The notes under the pieces: generated by a model
What the model saw: only the letters and a program-made list of their open reading frames with translations
Told to the model about the DNA's origin: nothing
Databases searched by the model: none
Position numbers and translations under genes: made by a program
Shown here: positions 1 to 10,504 of the stretch, piece after piece
How positions within the stretch are numbered: the stretch's first letter is position 1
How the letters are laid out: each line of letters begins with the position of its first letter
Source: an uncultured Verrucomicrobiae bacterium
Lineage (GTDB): Bacteria > Verrucomicrobiota > Verrucomicrobiia > Limisphaerales > Palsa-1400
Direction of reading: 5' to 3'
Assembly: GCA_963813995.1 (NCBI GenBank)
Contig: CAWFAZ010000045.1
Location: 46,395-110,394, forward strand
Length of the DNA: 64,000 bases

Positions 1-2
1 GC

Positions 3-3000
3 GTTTGGATGGGAACGATTGAGCGGGGATTGTTTTATTGGCGGGGCGGCAAGATGGCCGTCTTTCCGGATAAGTCGCTCAAGAAGGAAAACATTTTCGC
101 GGTGGCGGAGGATTCAGACGGCCAGATTTGGGTCGGCACCGGGACCGGCTTGCGTTGCTATGATGCCAAGTTCCAACCGAAACAGATTCCCGCCTTCTTC
201 AACGAAGTCAGGACCATCCTGGTGGATCGTCACGGCGTGGTTTGGGTCGGCACCTTCGAAGTCGGGTTGGCGCGCTACCAGAACGGGGAGTTCACCTGGC
301 TGCGAAAAACGGATGGCTTGATGAGCGACGCCATCACAAGCCTTTATGAAGACAACGAAGGCAGCCTCTGGGTCGGCACGCAGAACGGATTGAGCCAGAT
401 CACGGACGTGAAATTCCCGATTTACTCAGTCCGTGAAGGTCTCCCGGCAGGTTCGGTCGTCTCGGTGTCCGCCGCGCGGAAGGGAGGGATTTGGATTACG
501 ACCGACCATGGTTTAGCCTACTTGGACGGCCAGAAGGTGATGAATTTCACCAATAATGCGTCGATGCCCCAGGGTTGGATGAAACGCGCGTTTGAGGCCA
601 GCAACGGGGATTTGTACCTGACGGACGACGCCAAACAACTGTTGGTGGTTTCCGGTGGAAAGGTTGTGATGACTTACACCAACTGGAACTGGCCCACCGC
701 GATGGCGGAAGATGCCCAAGGCCTCCTCTTGGCCATAGCCGACAGATTATATCGCATCCGGAACGGCCAGCTAATCCCTTACGCTTATGCGAGCGGCAAT
801 GAGCCTCCTTATTATTGGATCTTCAACCTCTGCGTGGGCCGCGATGGGGCCATTTGGGTGGCCAGCAATAACGGCATATTCCGCCTTAAAAACGGGATTG
901 TCCGGCAGTGGTCCACCACTGAGGGCCTCTCCGAGAATAGTGTCTCCTTCGTTTTCGAAGATGTGGATGGGGCGGTTTGGGCGGGATCGGCCGGCGGCAT
1001 CGTGCGCATTAAGGACAACCAGTTGAAGAACATCACCCCCGAGCACGGCCTGGCCGACAACAACATTTATGAGATCGTCCCCGATAACCAGGGCGATTTC
1101 TGGATGGACTCCGGCGCCGGCATTTTGCGGGCCAGCCGCCAGAGCCTGAATGATTTTGCGGACGGGAAAACGGACCACATCGTGTGCGCGGTCTTCGACG
1201 GGTTGGAATCGATCAAAGTCACCGGTCATACCAAACGGGAGGCCGTGGCCTGCAAGACAGCGGACGGCCGGATTTGGTTCCCGAATCCCCAAGGGGTGGT
1301 GATGATTGACCCGGCGCACCTTCCTGTCAACAGCGTCGTTCCTCCAGTGTGTATCCAACAAATCCGCATCGACGGAATCGAAGTGCGGGACCGGAAGGTT
1401 CCCGCGCTCCCCGTGGGCGGAGGGCGGATGGAGTTCCATTTCACGGCTTTGAGCTATATCGCGCCGCAGAAGGCGAAACTGCGCTATCAGTTGGAAGGCT
1501 TCGATAAAGACTGGATTGACGCCGAAGGGCGGCGCTCGGTGCTCTACAATAATTTGAAACCCGGCAAATACTCCTTCCGGGTGCAAGGTTGCAATGCGGA
1601 CGGCGTGTGGAACACCGCCGGTGATGCGTTTGCCGTCGAACTGCCGCCGGCCTTCTATCAAACCACCTGGTTCCTGGTCCTCTGCGTCCTGTTGGGGCTG
1701 GCCGGTCTGGGCCTGGTTTATCGCTGGCTGCTCTACCGGGCCGAAAGCAAGGAGCGCAGACTCAAGGAAGCCAATGATCTGCTGGAATTGAAAGTTCGCG
1801 AACGAACGGCCGAACTGGCGGAAGCGAACACGGCGCTGGGCAAGGAAATTCAGGCCAGCATGCGTGCCGATGAAGCGTTGCGGGCGGAACAAAGACTCCT
1901 GCGCACCATGATCAATGCCCTGCCCATGTCCATCGGCTGCATCGACAAGGCGGGCCGGTTCGTGTTCGCCAACAACCTGGCCAGCACGTTGTTCGGCAAA
2001 CCCCTTTCGGAAATCGAGGGCCGGCTTTTCAGCGAAGTCATGTCCGCCGAAATGTATGAGAAGCAAAAGCGGCTCATTGATGAATGTCTCACCGGCAAAG
2101 TGGTGCCGTTTGTTCATGAATACATCCTGGCCAACGGCGGCCTGGTGATCGGCCAGGGCGCCTTTGCGCCGGTCGCCGGTCAGGATGGCACCTTCATCGG
2201 CGCCGTCTATGGAGTGGTGGACATCACGGCGCGCAAACAACTGGAATTGAAAATGGAACAGACGCACCAACAACTGATGGCGGTCTCCCGCCAGGCGGGC
2301 ATGGCGGAGGTGGCCACCGGTGTGCTGCACAACGTCGGCAACGTGCTCAACAGCGTCAACGTTTCCGCCAATCTCGTCGTGGACTCGGTCCGGACTTCAC
2401 GGGCCTCCAGCCTCGCCAAGGTGGTGGAATTGCTGGATAAACATCAAACCGACCTGGCCGAATTTCTCACCCGGGACGAGAAAGGCAAACAACTCCATGG
2501 CTTCCTGGCCGGACTCAACAACCATTTGGCGGCCGAACGGGCGGCTTTGCTCGAAGAACTGCGCTCGCTGACCGCGAACATCGAGCACATCAAGGAAATC
2601 GTGGCCATGCAACAGGCCAACGCGCACAGGTTTGGCGTCGTGGAAACGGCGCAGGCAGCCGAGTTGATGGAAAACGCCCTCAAGATGAATGAGGCAGCCT
2701 ATAATCGTCACAACGTCGGAATCATCCGTGAATTCGAAGAAGTGCCGCCCATCCTCGTGGACAAGCACAAGGTCCTCCAAATCCTCATTAACCTCCTTCA
2801 AAACGCCAAGCGCGCCTGCAGCCAGAGCGCGAAGCAAGAGCGCCGGGTCACCGTCCGCATCCGGCGCAATGGCGAGCGCGCCATTCGCATGGAAGTGGCC
2901 GACAATGGCGTCGGAATCCCCCCGGAGAACTTGACCCGGATTTTCGCGCACGGATTCACCACGCAAACGGACGGTCACGGTTTCGGGCTGCACAACGGCG

Positions 3001-3251
3001 CCCTGAACGCCAGGCAACTGGGCGGGACGCTCACGGCGCACAGCGAAGGTTCCGGCAAAGGCGCCACGTTCATTCTCGAACTGCCGCTCGAGAATACCAC
3101 CTCACGCACAGCCACCGCGCGCCGCGCTCCCGGCAACGGCGAGTCAAGCATGGCGCCCCTGTCCGTTTCACCCACAGGTATTCCGCCCATCACATTGCCT
3201 CCCAAACGTGGGGCGCTGGAAAAAATGCCGCAGGGCAGCGGACTCAATTGA
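3..3251 (+). CDS. Sensor histidine kinase with a periplasmic beta-propeller/Y_Y_Y-type repeat sensor, TM, coiled coil, PAS and kinase core. The 5' end runs off the window.
   Basis: The frame is open to the window edge. Propeller-blade motifs repeat ([45 protein letters not shown]). TM segment [19 protein letters not shown]-box-like [16 protein letters not shown]-binding motifs DNGVGI and GHGFGL. Confidence 0.9.
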   Translation, partial: VWMGTIERGLFYWRGGKMAVFPDKSLKKENIFAVAEDSDGQIWVGTGTGLRCYDAKFQPKQIPAFFNEVRTILVDRHGVVWVGTFEVGLARYQNGEFTWLRKTDGLMSDAITSLYEDNEGSLWVGTQNGLSQITDVKFPIYSVREGLPAGSVVSVSAARKGGIWITTDHGLAYLDGQKVMNFTNNASMPQGWMKRAFEASNGDLYLTDDAKQLLVVSGGKVVMTYTNWNWPTAMAEDAQGLLLAIADRLYRIRNGQLIPYAYASGNEPPYYWIFNLCVGRDGAIWVASNNGIFRLKNGIVRQWSTTEGLSENSVSFVFEDVDGAVWAGSAGGIVRIKDNQLKNITPEHGLADNNIYEIVPDNQGDFWMDSGAGILRASRQSLNDFADGKTDHIVCAVFDGLESIKVTGHTKREAVACKTADGRIWFPNPQGVVMIDPAHLPVNSVVPPVCIQQIRIDGIEVRDRKVPALPVGGGRMEFHFTALSYIAPQKAKLRYQLEGFDKDWIDAEGRRSVLYNNLKPGKYSFRVQGCNADGVWNTAGDAFAVELPPAFYQTTWFLVLCVLLGLAGLGLVYRWLLYRAESKERRLKEANDLLELKVRERTAELAEANTALGKEIQASMRADEALRAEQRLLRTMINALPMSIGCIDKAGRFVFANNLASTLFGKPLSEIEGRLFSEVMSAEMYEKQKRLIDECLTGKVVPFVHEYILANGGLVIGQGAFAPVAGQDGTFIGAVYGVVDITARKQLELKMEQTHQQLMAVSRQAGMAEVATGVLHNVGNVLNSVNVSANLVVDSVRTSRASSLAKVVELLDKHQTDLAEFLTRDEKGKQLHGFLAGLNNHLAAERAALLEELRSLTANIEHIKEIVAMQQANAHRFGVVETAQAAELMENALKMNEAAYNRHNVGIIREFEEVPPILVDKHKVLQILINLLQNAKRACSQSAKQERRVTVRIRRNGERAIRMEVADNGVGIPPENLTRIFAHGFTTQTDGHGFGLHNGALNARQLGGTLTAHSEGSGKGATFILELPLENTTSRTATARRAPGNGESSMAPLSVSPTGIPPITLPPKRGALEKMPQGSGLN

Positions 3252-3292
3252 TCCCGAAAACCGAAGCCGGCCAAATCAGGCTTTGCTTCGGG

Positions 3293-3694
3293 CTAAAACA
3301 GCCGATCCAACGAGGATTTCCGCCGGACTTCCGACCAATAACTCTCAGCGCCGGCCGGGCGGCGCAGGCGCAACAGGTCTTTGCCCAACATCCGCATGGC
3401 CAGCCCCAGCGGCGTGACGACGATGAAAAAAAGGAGCGCCAGGACGACGCCACCCGCCATCTGGCTGAGGCCAAATCCCGCCTTTGCGGAAAAGCGATAA
3501 TACCCCCGAAACCATCGTGGCCGCAGCGCCGCGGCCGCGGCCAGCGCGGCCAGCAAACACAAAGCCACCGCCCATGCCGCCACGGGCAGGACGCGCCGCC
3601 AGCGCAGCAGGCTGCTTAAAAGCGCCAGACCCAGCGCGCTCATCCACGCCGCCTTGCGCCATTCCTTTGGCTCCTCTTTAAGTTTCAGCTTCAT
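3293..3694 (-). CDS. SxtJ-like small two-TM membrane protein
   Basis: Uses the internal ATG at 3694 of track ORF 3293..3883; the upstream part is Arg/Gly-rich and overlaps the next gene. It starts 2 nt after the carbamoyltransferase stop. MKLKLKEEPKEWRKAAW is followed by two hydrophobic helices. The family name is from memory of the usual carbamoyltransferase neighbours, not from a search. Confidence 0.6.
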   Translation of the reverse strand: MKLKLKEEPKEWRKAAWMSALGLALLSSLLRWRRVLPVAAWAVALCLLAALAAAAALRPRWFRGYYRFSAKAGFGLSQMAGGVVLALLFFIVVTPLGLAMRMLGKDLLRLRRPAGAESYWSEVRRKSSLDRLF

Positions 3695-3696
3695 GT

Positions 3697-5520
3697 TCAG
3701 TCCGTTTGCGGCGCCACGCGCCGGTCGGCCGGGCGCGCCGGCTGTTCGGTGCGGTCCAGCAAAAAATTTCCCAGCATCAGGTAATCCATTTCCGTGTGGA
3801 CGAAACACCGGTAGGCGTCCTCCGGCGTGCAGACGATCGGCTCCCCCCGCACGTTGAAGGAAGTATTGACCAAAACTCCGCATTGCGTGGCGCGTTCAAA
3901 GCGCAACAGCAGTTCGTAGAGCAGGGGATTGTCCTGGCGCGCCACCGTCTGGATTCGCGCCGAGTAGTCCACATGCGTCACCGCCGGCAGCGTTGATCGC
4001 GCCTGCTTGAGCAATTCCAATCCCTTCATGCCCGCCGGCGCGGGCAGGCGCAACTCCGGCAGAACCGGCGCCACGAGCAGCATGTAGGGGGATTCTTCAG
4101 TCAAATCAAAGTATTCCGCGACCCGTTCGCGGCGCACGATGGGCGCGAAAGGGCGGAAGGATTCGCGAAACTTCACCTTCAGGTTCATGACGGATTGCAT
4201 CCGCGGGGAGCGGGCGTCGCCCAGAATCGAGCGGTTGCCCAGGGCGCGCGGTCCGAACTCCATCCGCCCCTGGAACCAGCCGATCACTTTCCCGGCTCGC
4301 AGCAGATCCACGGTGGAATCGAGCAAGCCGGTCGTGCTGAGCCGTTGGAACCTAGCCCCGTGGCTGCGCAGCGTTGCTTCGATTTCGGCATCCGAGTATT
4401 CGGGTCCCAGGAGCGATCCCTGCATCGCGTCCGCCCTGGCAGGAACGGGGCCGGATTCGTTTTGTTGCGCGTGCCAGGCGGCGAACGCGGCCCCCAGCGC
4501 GCCCCCGGCGTCGCTGGCGGCCGGCTGGATCCAGAGGCGGTCAAAAATACGATCGCGCAGGAGACGCCCGTTGGCCACGCAATTGAGCGCCACGCCGCCC
4601 GCCAGGCAGAGGTTCTTTTCGCCGGTCAATTCCCGCGCGTGGCGGGCCAGGCGCAGCACCACTTCCTCCGTCACGGCCTGAATCGAGCGCGCGACGTCCA
4701 TGTGGCGCTGTTCGATGGCTTCCTCCGGGCGGCGGGGCGGCCCGCCGAACAGCCGGTGAAAGCGGTCATTGGTCATGGTCGTGCCGCGCAGAAAATTGAA
4801 GTAGTCCATATTCATCCAGAAGGAACCGTCGGCTTTCAAGTCCAACAATTCCCGCAGGATCGCCTCCGTGTGGATCGGTTCGCCGTAGGGGGCCAGGCCC
4901 ATGAGCTTGTATTCGCCGGAATTGATGCGAAAACCGCAGTAATCCGTGAACGCCGAGTAAAGCATGCCGAGCGAATGCGGAAAGCGCAGTTCCTTCAGCA
5001 GTTCAATGGTGTCTCCGCGTCCGCGGCCAATCGTTGTCGTCGCCCATTCTCCCACGGCGTCGATGGTCAAAATGGCCGCCTGGGTGAAGGGCGACGGATA
5101 AAACGCGCTGGCGGCATGGGCCTGGTGATGCGCCGTGAACAGGATGGGACACTGCCCGCGCAGGCCCGGCAACTCCTCGCGGATGGTTTTGCGCAGGTCC
5201 AATTTCCCTCCCAGCCAGTTGGAAACAACTTCCGGGAAAGTCCGCCATCCGCCCGGCGCCACCGCCAGATACGTTTCCAGCAGGCGGGTAAATTTCAACA
5301 CCGGCTTGTCGTAAAAAACGACGCAGTCCAGTTCCGCTGCGTTCAGCCCGCCGTAACGCAGGCAAAACTCGATGGCCTGCCGCGGGAAATCCGGGTCGTT
5401 TTTGATTCGCGTAAACCGTTCTTCCTGCGCGGCGGCGATGATCCGCCCGTCGCGCAGCAACGCGGCGGCGGCGTCGTGGTAAAAGGCGGAAATTCCCAGG
5501 ACATGGCGCGGCGGCGGCAT
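3697..5520 (-). CDS. NodU/CmcH-family carbamoyltransferase
   Basis: 607 aa. The N-terminus VLGISAFYHDAAAALLRDGRIIAAAQEERFTRIKND and the overall length are typical of the Carbam_trans_N/C family. Codon bias is strong in this frame. Confidence 0.9.
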   Translation of the reverse strand: MPPPRHVLGISAFYHDAAAALLRDGRIIAAAQEERFTRIKNDPDFPRQAIEFCLRYGGLNAAELDCVVFYDKPVLKFTRLLETYLAVAPGGWRTFPEVVSNWLGGKLDLRKTIREELPGLRGQCPILFTAHHQAHAASAFYPSPFTQAAILTIDAVGEWATTTIGRGRGDTIELLKELRFPHSLGMLYSAFTDYCGFRINSGEYKLMGLAPYGEPIHTEAILRELLDLKADGSFWMNMDYFNFLRGTTMTNDRFHRLFGGPPRRPEEAIEQRHMDVARSIQAVTEEVVLRLARHARELTGEKNLCLAGGVALNCVANGRLLRDRIFDRLWIQPAASDAGGALGAAFAAWHAQQNESGPVPARADAMQGSLLGPEYSDAEIEATLRSHGARFQRLSTTGLLDSTVDLLRAGKVIGWFQGRMEFGPRALGNRSILGDARSPRMQSVMNLKVKFRESFRPFAPIVRRERVAEYFDLTEESPYMLLVAPVLPELRLPAPAGMKGLELLKQARSTLPAVTHVDYSARIQTVARQDNPLLYELLLRFERATQCGVLVNTSFNVRGEPIVCTPEDAYRCFVHTEMDYLMLGNFLLDRTEQPARPADRRVAPQTD

Positions 5521-5523
5521 CGT

Positions 5524-5676
5524 TTACATGAACGGATAGAGGGCCCAGGCGATCCCCGAACTGGCTGTAAAGATGAGAATCGCGCCCAGCACCAGCAACA
5601 GGACAATCAGCGGGATCAGCCACCACTTCTTCTCCTGCCTGCAAAACCCAAGGAATTCTTTGAACAAGGGCCACAT
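5524..5676 (-). CDS. 50-aa single-TM peptide (DUF5989-like)
   Basis: Not in the ORF track (<60 aa). Hand translation gives MWPLFKEFLGFCRQEKKWWLIPLIVLLLVLGAILIFTASSGIAWALYPFM*. ATG at 5676..5674, TAA at 5526..5524. It ends 3 nt before the carbamoyltransferase ATG. Confidence 0.6.
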   Translation of the reverse strand: MWPLFKEFLGFCRQEKKWWLIPLIVLLLVLGAILIFTASSGIAWALYPFM

Positions 5677-5723
5677 GCTTGCGCCTGTTCTACAGGTTGG
5701 GGCTTAAAGTTGCAACAGGAATG

Positions 5724-7961
5724 TCATTTGGCGGCGGCAGCCAGATAGGCTTGGGCCGGTTTGTTGGCCGGGTCCAGGCGCAAGGTTTCGGCGAATTGCT
5801 GCCGCGCGCCATCCGGGTCGTTGAGTTTGAGCAGGGCGACGCCCAGGTTCAGGTGGCCCATGGCAAATTGCGGCCGCAGGCGGACGACTTGTTGGAATGC
5901 CGCTTTCGCCTCCGCAAACCGCCCCTGGACATCCAATACCCGGCCCAGCGCGTAATGTGCCTGCCAATTCTCTTCGTTTTGTTCGAGCGCGCGCCGGAGG
6001 TATTGCACCGACTCGTCCAGTCGCTTCAATTGCGCCAACGCTTCCCCCATATAGAGACACGTTTGTGGATCGTCGGGCTGTAATTCATCCGAACGGCGGT
6101 ATTTCTTTAAGGCTTCCTCCCACTTTCCTTCGAAGGCGTCGAGGTTGCCCAACTCAAACCAAGCCTCGGCGTAGCGCGGATGAAGATTCACCGCCTGGCG
6201 AAAGGATTCCCGCGCGGAGGATAACTCCCCTTGCTTCTCCAACATCCGGCCTTCGGTCAGGAACGCGAACGGGTTGCGCGGCATCAACTCCCGCGCTTGC
6301 TTCCATTCCAGCGCGGCTTGCTTGAAGTCCTCGGTCAGTGCGAGGAATACCCCGTAGTTCTCGTGCAGCATATAATCGCGCGGGGCGCGGGCGATGGCAT
6401 CGGTGTAGAGAGCGCGCGCGTTGGTTGCCGCCGTTGCGTCCCTCTGCCGCAAGATGCGGTTGATCCGGGCCGTCAATTCGGACACGCGCCACTGGTTGTT
6501 GAACTGGCTGTTGAACGGCGGGCCCTCCAGGCGCTGCCGCACCTCGTTCAGCACGTCCGCCCGGTTCCAGTCCGTCAAGCCCAGGCGCGCCTCGCAGACT
6601 TCCTGGGAGGCCCAGCCGCCCTGTGCCTTGGTCTTGACATTTTCGGGCAGGAGCCGTTCGGCCCGGGCCGCCCACAAAAGGGCCAGCCGGTAATTGCCGT
6701 CGAAGTTGAAATGGACCTGCTCGTAAAAGGTTTCCTGTCCGGGAATGGTCCCGGCTTCGGGCAGGGAGGCCGCGGCGTCGCATAAAACGAGGTCCGGTCC
6801 GCCCAGTTGCCGGCCCGTTTCCCGGATGATGCCGTTGATGCGCGAATTGGCGCGGAAGGGAAGGACGTCACAGTCGCACGCCTTCTGGAAATGGCCGGCG
6901 GCGGCGGCGGCATCGTTCAGCCGCAAGAGGCATTCCCCTTCGCGGAATTGGGCTTCGGCCATTTGCGGGTCCAGCGCCACGGCCTCTCCAAAATCAGCCG
7001 CCGCCAGCTTCCAGTCGTTGCTCATCTCCGCCCCGCGTCCCTCCGCGCACCAGCGGTCGAATTTCTCCCGGTCGGGCGGCGCGAGACGGCTGGAATTGAG
7101 CGAGGCAAAAGGGGGGCAGTCCTTGAGATTCACCGCCACCGTGCTGAGGATGATGGCGGCGCCGGCATTGCGGCCCGCCCGCAGGATGTCTTGCAGGTTT
7201 CTCTGAAAATTTTTATAGACGACCTCCTTGCGCGGGTCATTCGGAGGCAGTTGATTGCCGGGAAACATTTGCAGCCCGCTCCAAACGCCCGGCCCGGCCG
7301 CATTGCCTTTCAGTTTCCGTGCGAGGTTCATGAGCAGTTGGCCGACGCGCGTTTTCTGGAGAGCCAGCCCCAAACGCACCACCGGCCAGGGCGGGGCTTT
7401 GGCGCCGAAAATCGTGGCCGCGCCAAACGGCCCGATCATTTCATTGTTTCCCATGTAAATGATCCAGAGGTCGCCCTGGTAATCGGCGCATTCGCGGGCG
7501 ATGGGCACGATGACATGGGAACTGATCGCAACCATGCCAAGGTTGACCACCTCGAAATTGACGCCCGGATACCTTTCCCGCAACAAGGCCCCCAGATACC
7601 GGCCAGCCGCGAAGGGCGGCTCCGGATCACCTTGCGCGGCCGATTCGCCAAAAATAAAAATGCGGTACGTGTCCGCAGGCTTCACCGGTTCCATTTTCAG
7701 CGGAAGGTTCCATTGGCACATTTCCGGCGAAAAGAAGCGCAGGCTGAAGTTCGCATTGTTGATCAGGTAATCCCGGTCTTCCAGCCGGACCTTCTCGAAC
7801 AGGCTGGTCGAGTAACCGTAGTCCGCCAGGCGCAAGGCGGTCTCCAACACGGCGAGCACCAGCAACGGGATGATCACAACGGCGGCGATGCGGAACAGCC
7901 ATTTGCGGTTTGGCGCCGGTGGCGGGGTTGCGGCCCGCCGTGCTTTAGGGCGTGATTTCAC
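5724..7961 (-). CDS. Membrane-anchored SGNH/GDSL-like hydrolase fused to a long TPR array
   Basis: Track ORF 5724..8405, but its first ~148 codons run into the divergent gene. GTG at 7961 gives MKSRPKARRAATPPPAPNRKWLFRIAAVVIIPLLVLAVL (basic N-terminus plus TM). SGNH-like blocks FIFGESAAQG and YMGNNE are followed by ~10 TPR units. The start is uncertain; a GTG at 7982 is the alternative. Confidence 0.75.
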   Translation of the reverse strand: MKSRPKARRAATPPPAPNRKWLFRIAAVVIIPLLVLAVLETALRLADYGYSTSLFEKVRLEDRDYLINNANFSLRFFSPEMCQWNLPLKMEPVKPADTYRIFIFGESAAQGDPEPPFAAGRYLGALLRERYPGVNFEVVNLGMVAISSHVIVPIARECADYQGDLWIIYMGNNEMIGPFGAATIFGAKAPPWPVVRLGLALQKTRVGQLLMNLARKLKGNAAGPGVWSGLQMFPGNQLPPNDPRKEVVYKNFQRNLQDILRAGRNAGAAIILSTVAVNLKDCPPFASLNSSRLAPPDREKFDRWCAEGRGAEMSNDWKLAAADFGEAVALDPQMAEAQFREGECLLRLNDAAAAAGHFQKACDCDVLPFRANSRINGIIRETGRQLGGPDLVLCDAAASLPEAGTIPGQETFYEQVHFNFDGNYRLALLWAARAERLLPENVKTKAQGGWASQEVCEARLGLTDWNRADVLNEVRQRLEGPPFNSQFNNQWRVSELTARINRILRQRDATAATNARALYTDAIARAPRDYMLHENYGVFLALTEDFKQAALEWKQARELMPRNPFAFLTEGRMLEKQGELSSARESFRQAVNLHPRYAEAWFELGNLDAFEGKWEEALKKYRRSDELQPDDPQTCLYMGEALAQLKRLDESVQYLRRALEQNEENWQAHYALGRVLDVQGRFAEAKAAFQQVVRLRPQFAMGHLNLGVALLKLNDPDGARQQFAETLRLDPANKPAQAYLAAAAK

Positions 7962-8135
7962 AAGGCGCCAACCATGTAACACGAACCCGAACCGGGGGCA
8001 ATCATATATGAATCCCAAAGAAGAGAATTCCCGACCTTGTTCTTTCCTTTGCCAGGGCTTTGGGAAAGAATGGGCGAAAGTGCAAACATTCTTCGAGGCC
8101 AGATTCGAGGATGCGGACTTGCTGGCGATCACCAT

Positions 8136-10427
8136 ATGAGCCGCCAACAATCTCCGCAAAAAGCCCCCATCGGCGCGGGCCGCCGGGAGCAAGGCTGGGG
8201 GGCGTCGGCGGTATGCCTTGTGCTGGCTGCAATCACCTTTGCTGTTTTCGGCCAGACGCTGCACCACGAGTTCATTGACTACGACGACAAGACTTATGTG
8301 TATGACAATCCGATGGTCGCCCGGGGTCTGACGCTCAAGGGGCTGGTTTGGGCGTTCACCCATGTCCATTCCTTCAACTGGCACCCATTGACCTGGCTTT
8401 CCCACATGCTGGACTGCCAGTTATACGGACTGCATCCCGGGGGACATCATCTCACCAACGTCGTCCTCCACACCGCGACGGTGATCGCGCTCTTTCTGGT
8501 GCTGCGGCAGATGACCGGCGCTCTTTGGCGCAGTGCGTTTGTCGCGGCTCTCTTTGCCATCCATCCGTTGCGGGTGGAATCGGTGGCGTGGGTGGCCGAG
8601 CGCAAGGACGTGCTCAGCGGGCTGTTCTTCATGCTGACCATCGGCGCGTACATCCGTTATGCGCGCCGTCCGTGGTCGTGGGGACGTTACGGGCTTGTCG
8701 TGCTTCTGTTTGCCATGGGCCTGATGTGCAAGCCCATGCTGGTCACGCTGCCTGTGGTGTTGTTGCTGCTGGATTATTGGCCGTTGCAACGAGTGGAACC
8801 CCGAAAGCTTTCGGGGTTGGTGCTGGAAAAGCTGCCCTTGCTGGCGCTCTCCGCGGCCTCCTGCGTCGTGACGCTTTTTGCGCAAACCGGCGCCATACAA
8901 TCGACCGCATCCTTTTCAGTTCCGCTGCGCCTTGGCAATGCATTGGCGGCCTGCATGGTTTATCTTGGCCGGATGGTCTGGCCGGCGGGACTGGCTGTGT
9001 TTTATCCCTTTCCGCACATCGGCCTGCCGGCATGGGAACTGGCGCTGGCCGGGATGCTGCTGGCCGGCCTTTCCGCGGTCGCCGTCTGGCAGCGGCGCAA
9101 GCAACCCTGGATATTAATGGGATGGCTCTGGTATTTGGTGATGCTGCTGCCGGTGGCGGGAGTCATCCAGGTCGGTGATCAGGCCCATGCCGATCGCTAC
9201 ACCTACCTGCCGCAAATTGGGATATATGTTGCGGTGACGTGGCTGGTTGCGGAATGGCGAATGAGCCGTGCGGCCCTTGGGGGACTCATGGCCGGGGTGG
9301 TCGGAGTGCTGACGGTCTGCGCTTGGAAACAAACTGCGTATTGGCAGAACAGCGAAACCTTGTGGACCCACACAACGACCTGCACCAGAGGCAACTATGC
9401 CGCCCACGTCAGCCTCGGCAATGTTCTTCTGCAAAAGGGAAGGGTGGACGAAGCGATCAACCAATACCAAAAAGCCCTGCAAATCCGCTCCAACTATGCG
9501 GATGCCCGCCTCAACCTCGGCAACGCTCTTCACCAGGAGGGCAGAGTGGACGAAGCGATCAACCAATACCAACAGGCGCTGCAACTCAAGCCGGACGACG
9601 CAGGAGCACACAACAACCTCGGCAACGTTCTTCTGGAGCAGGGAAGGGCGGACGAAGCGATCAACCAATACCAACAGGCGCTGCAAATCGATCCCGCCAT
9701 CGCGGAGGCCCACAACAACCTTGGAACCGCTCTGTACGGCAAGGGCAGGGTGGACGAAGCGATTGTCCATTACCAGGAGGCGCTGCAAATCAACCTCCGC
9801 TATGCGGAAGCGCACTACAACCTCGGCAACGCGCTTGACCGAAAGGGAACAACGGACGAGGCGATCACCCATTACCGGGGGGCGCTGGAAATCCAGCCGG
9901 ACTACGCAGAAGCCCGCAACAAGCTTGGCAACGTTCTGCTGGAGCAGGGAAGGGCGGACGAAGCGATCACCGAGTGTCAAAAGGCCGTGCAAATCAAGCC
10001 ACTCTTCGCGGAAGCGCACTACAACCTCGCCCGCGCTTTTGTGAGAAGGGGAAGGGTGGACGAAGCGATTTCGCAATACCAAATGGCATTGCAAATTGAT
10101 CCGGCAAACATGGAAGCCCAAAATAATCTGGCCTGGCTCCTGGCCACTGGTCCGCAGGCATCGTTGCGCAACGGTGACAAGGCCGTGGAACTGGCTCGAC
10201 AGGCCAGTGCAGCGACCGGCGGAAACAATCCGGTCATGCTTCGCACGCTCGCCGCCGCTTTCGCCGAGGCCGGGCGGTTTTCCGAAGCGGTGGAAACGGC
10301 GCAACGCGCCTTGGGCCTGGCAGGGGGGCAATCCAACGCCAAGCTGGCCGGGAAACTTCAATTTGAGTTGAAACTCTACCAGGCAGGCAACCCTTTTCAT
10401 ATCCCTGAAGCAACACGCCAGCCGTAG
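8136..10427 (+). CDS. TMTC/PMT-like multi-pass membrane glycosyltransferase (DUF1736 motif) with a C-terminal TPR array, paralog 1
   Basis: ATG at 8136 (MSRQQSPQKAP..) precedes the first TM. Motifs YDDKTYVYDNP, HHLTNVVLH and FAIHPLRVESVAWVAERKDVLSGLFF match the TMTC/DUF1736 pattern. Seven or more TPRs follow. Confidence 0.8.
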   Translation: MSRQQSPQKAPIGAGRREQGWGASAVCLVLAAITFAVFGQTLHHEFIDYDDKTYVYDNPMVARGLTLKGLVWAFTHVHSFNWHPLTWLSHMLDCQLYGLHPGGHHLTNVVLHTATVIALFLVLRQMTGALWRSAFVAALFAIHPLRVESVAWVAERKDVLSGLFFMLTIGAYIRYARRPWSWGRYGLVVLLFAMGLMCKPMLVTLPVVLLLLDYWPLQRVEPRKLSGLVLEKLPLLALSAASCVVTLFAQTGAIQSTASFSVPLRLGNALAACMVYLGRMVWPAGLAVFYPFPHIGLPAWELALAGMLLAGLSAVAVWQRRKQPWILMGWLWYLVMLLPVAGVIQVGDQAHADRYTYLPQIGIYVAVTWLVAEWRMSRAALGGLMAGVVGVLTVCAWKQTAYWQNSETLWTHTTTCTRGNYAAHVSLGNVLLQKGRVDEAINQYQKALQIRSNYADARLNLGNALHQEGRVDEAINQYQQALQLKPDDAGAHNNLGNVLLEQGRADEAINQYQQALQIDPAIAEAHNNLGTALYGKGRVDEAIVHYQEALQINLRYAEAHYNLGNALDRKGTTDEAITHYRGALEIQPDYAEARNKLGNVLLEQGRADEAITECQKAVQIKPLFAEAHYNLARAFVRRGRVDEAISQYQMALQIDPANMEAQNNLAWLLATGPQASLRNGDKAVELARQASAATGGNNPVMLRTLAAAFAEAGRFSEAVETAQRALGLAGGQSNAKLAGKLQFELKLYQAGNPFHIPEATRQP
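9397..10110 (+). repeat. Tandem array of seven 102-bp (34-aa TPR) units inside paralog 1
   Basis: The core gacgaagcgatcaaccaataccaa recurs at 9447, 9549 and 9651, exactly 102 bp apart. The units read ..LGN.L...GR.DEAI..YQ.ALQI.P. Confidence 0.85.
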
Positions 10428-10504
10428 TGGAGCTGAACACCGGCAGAAACATGGCCGCCATCATGCAATGACGACCAACAACCCAACCAATGGGGGACCC
10501 CGCC

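Noticed and set aside
771-2330. 519-aa antisense ORF inside the first histidine kinase gene. Similar long shadow ORFs include 4195..5748, 6807..7955, 12972..14198, 15212..16129, 19352..20320, 26015..26998, 28179..29678, 38811..40151, 55012..56595, 58295..59428, 59541..60761 and 60903..61688.
   Set aside because: All lie opposite or out of frame to genes with clear family motifs. They are Arg/Gly/His/Pro/Gln-rich with no recognisable domains, which is typical of stop-codon-poor alternative frames in high-GC DNA.
7962-8405. 5' extension of the SGNH-TPR ORF (track start 8405). Similar extensions occur for 22439..23407, 22753..24423, 28062..30398, 3293..3883, 60843..60953 and 12778..12819.
   Set aside because: The extensions overlap neighbouring genes or repeats and have junk-like composition. 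Internal starts give proper signal peptides, TM N-termini or family-typical N-termini, often with ATGA coupling to the upstream gene.
9114-10400. 428-aa minus-strand ORF with its own internal periodicity (repeated ..RFVHPSLLQKNVAEVVV..).
   Set aside because: It is the antisense reading of the 102-bp TPR tandem array. The periodicity is inherited from the sense-strand repeats.
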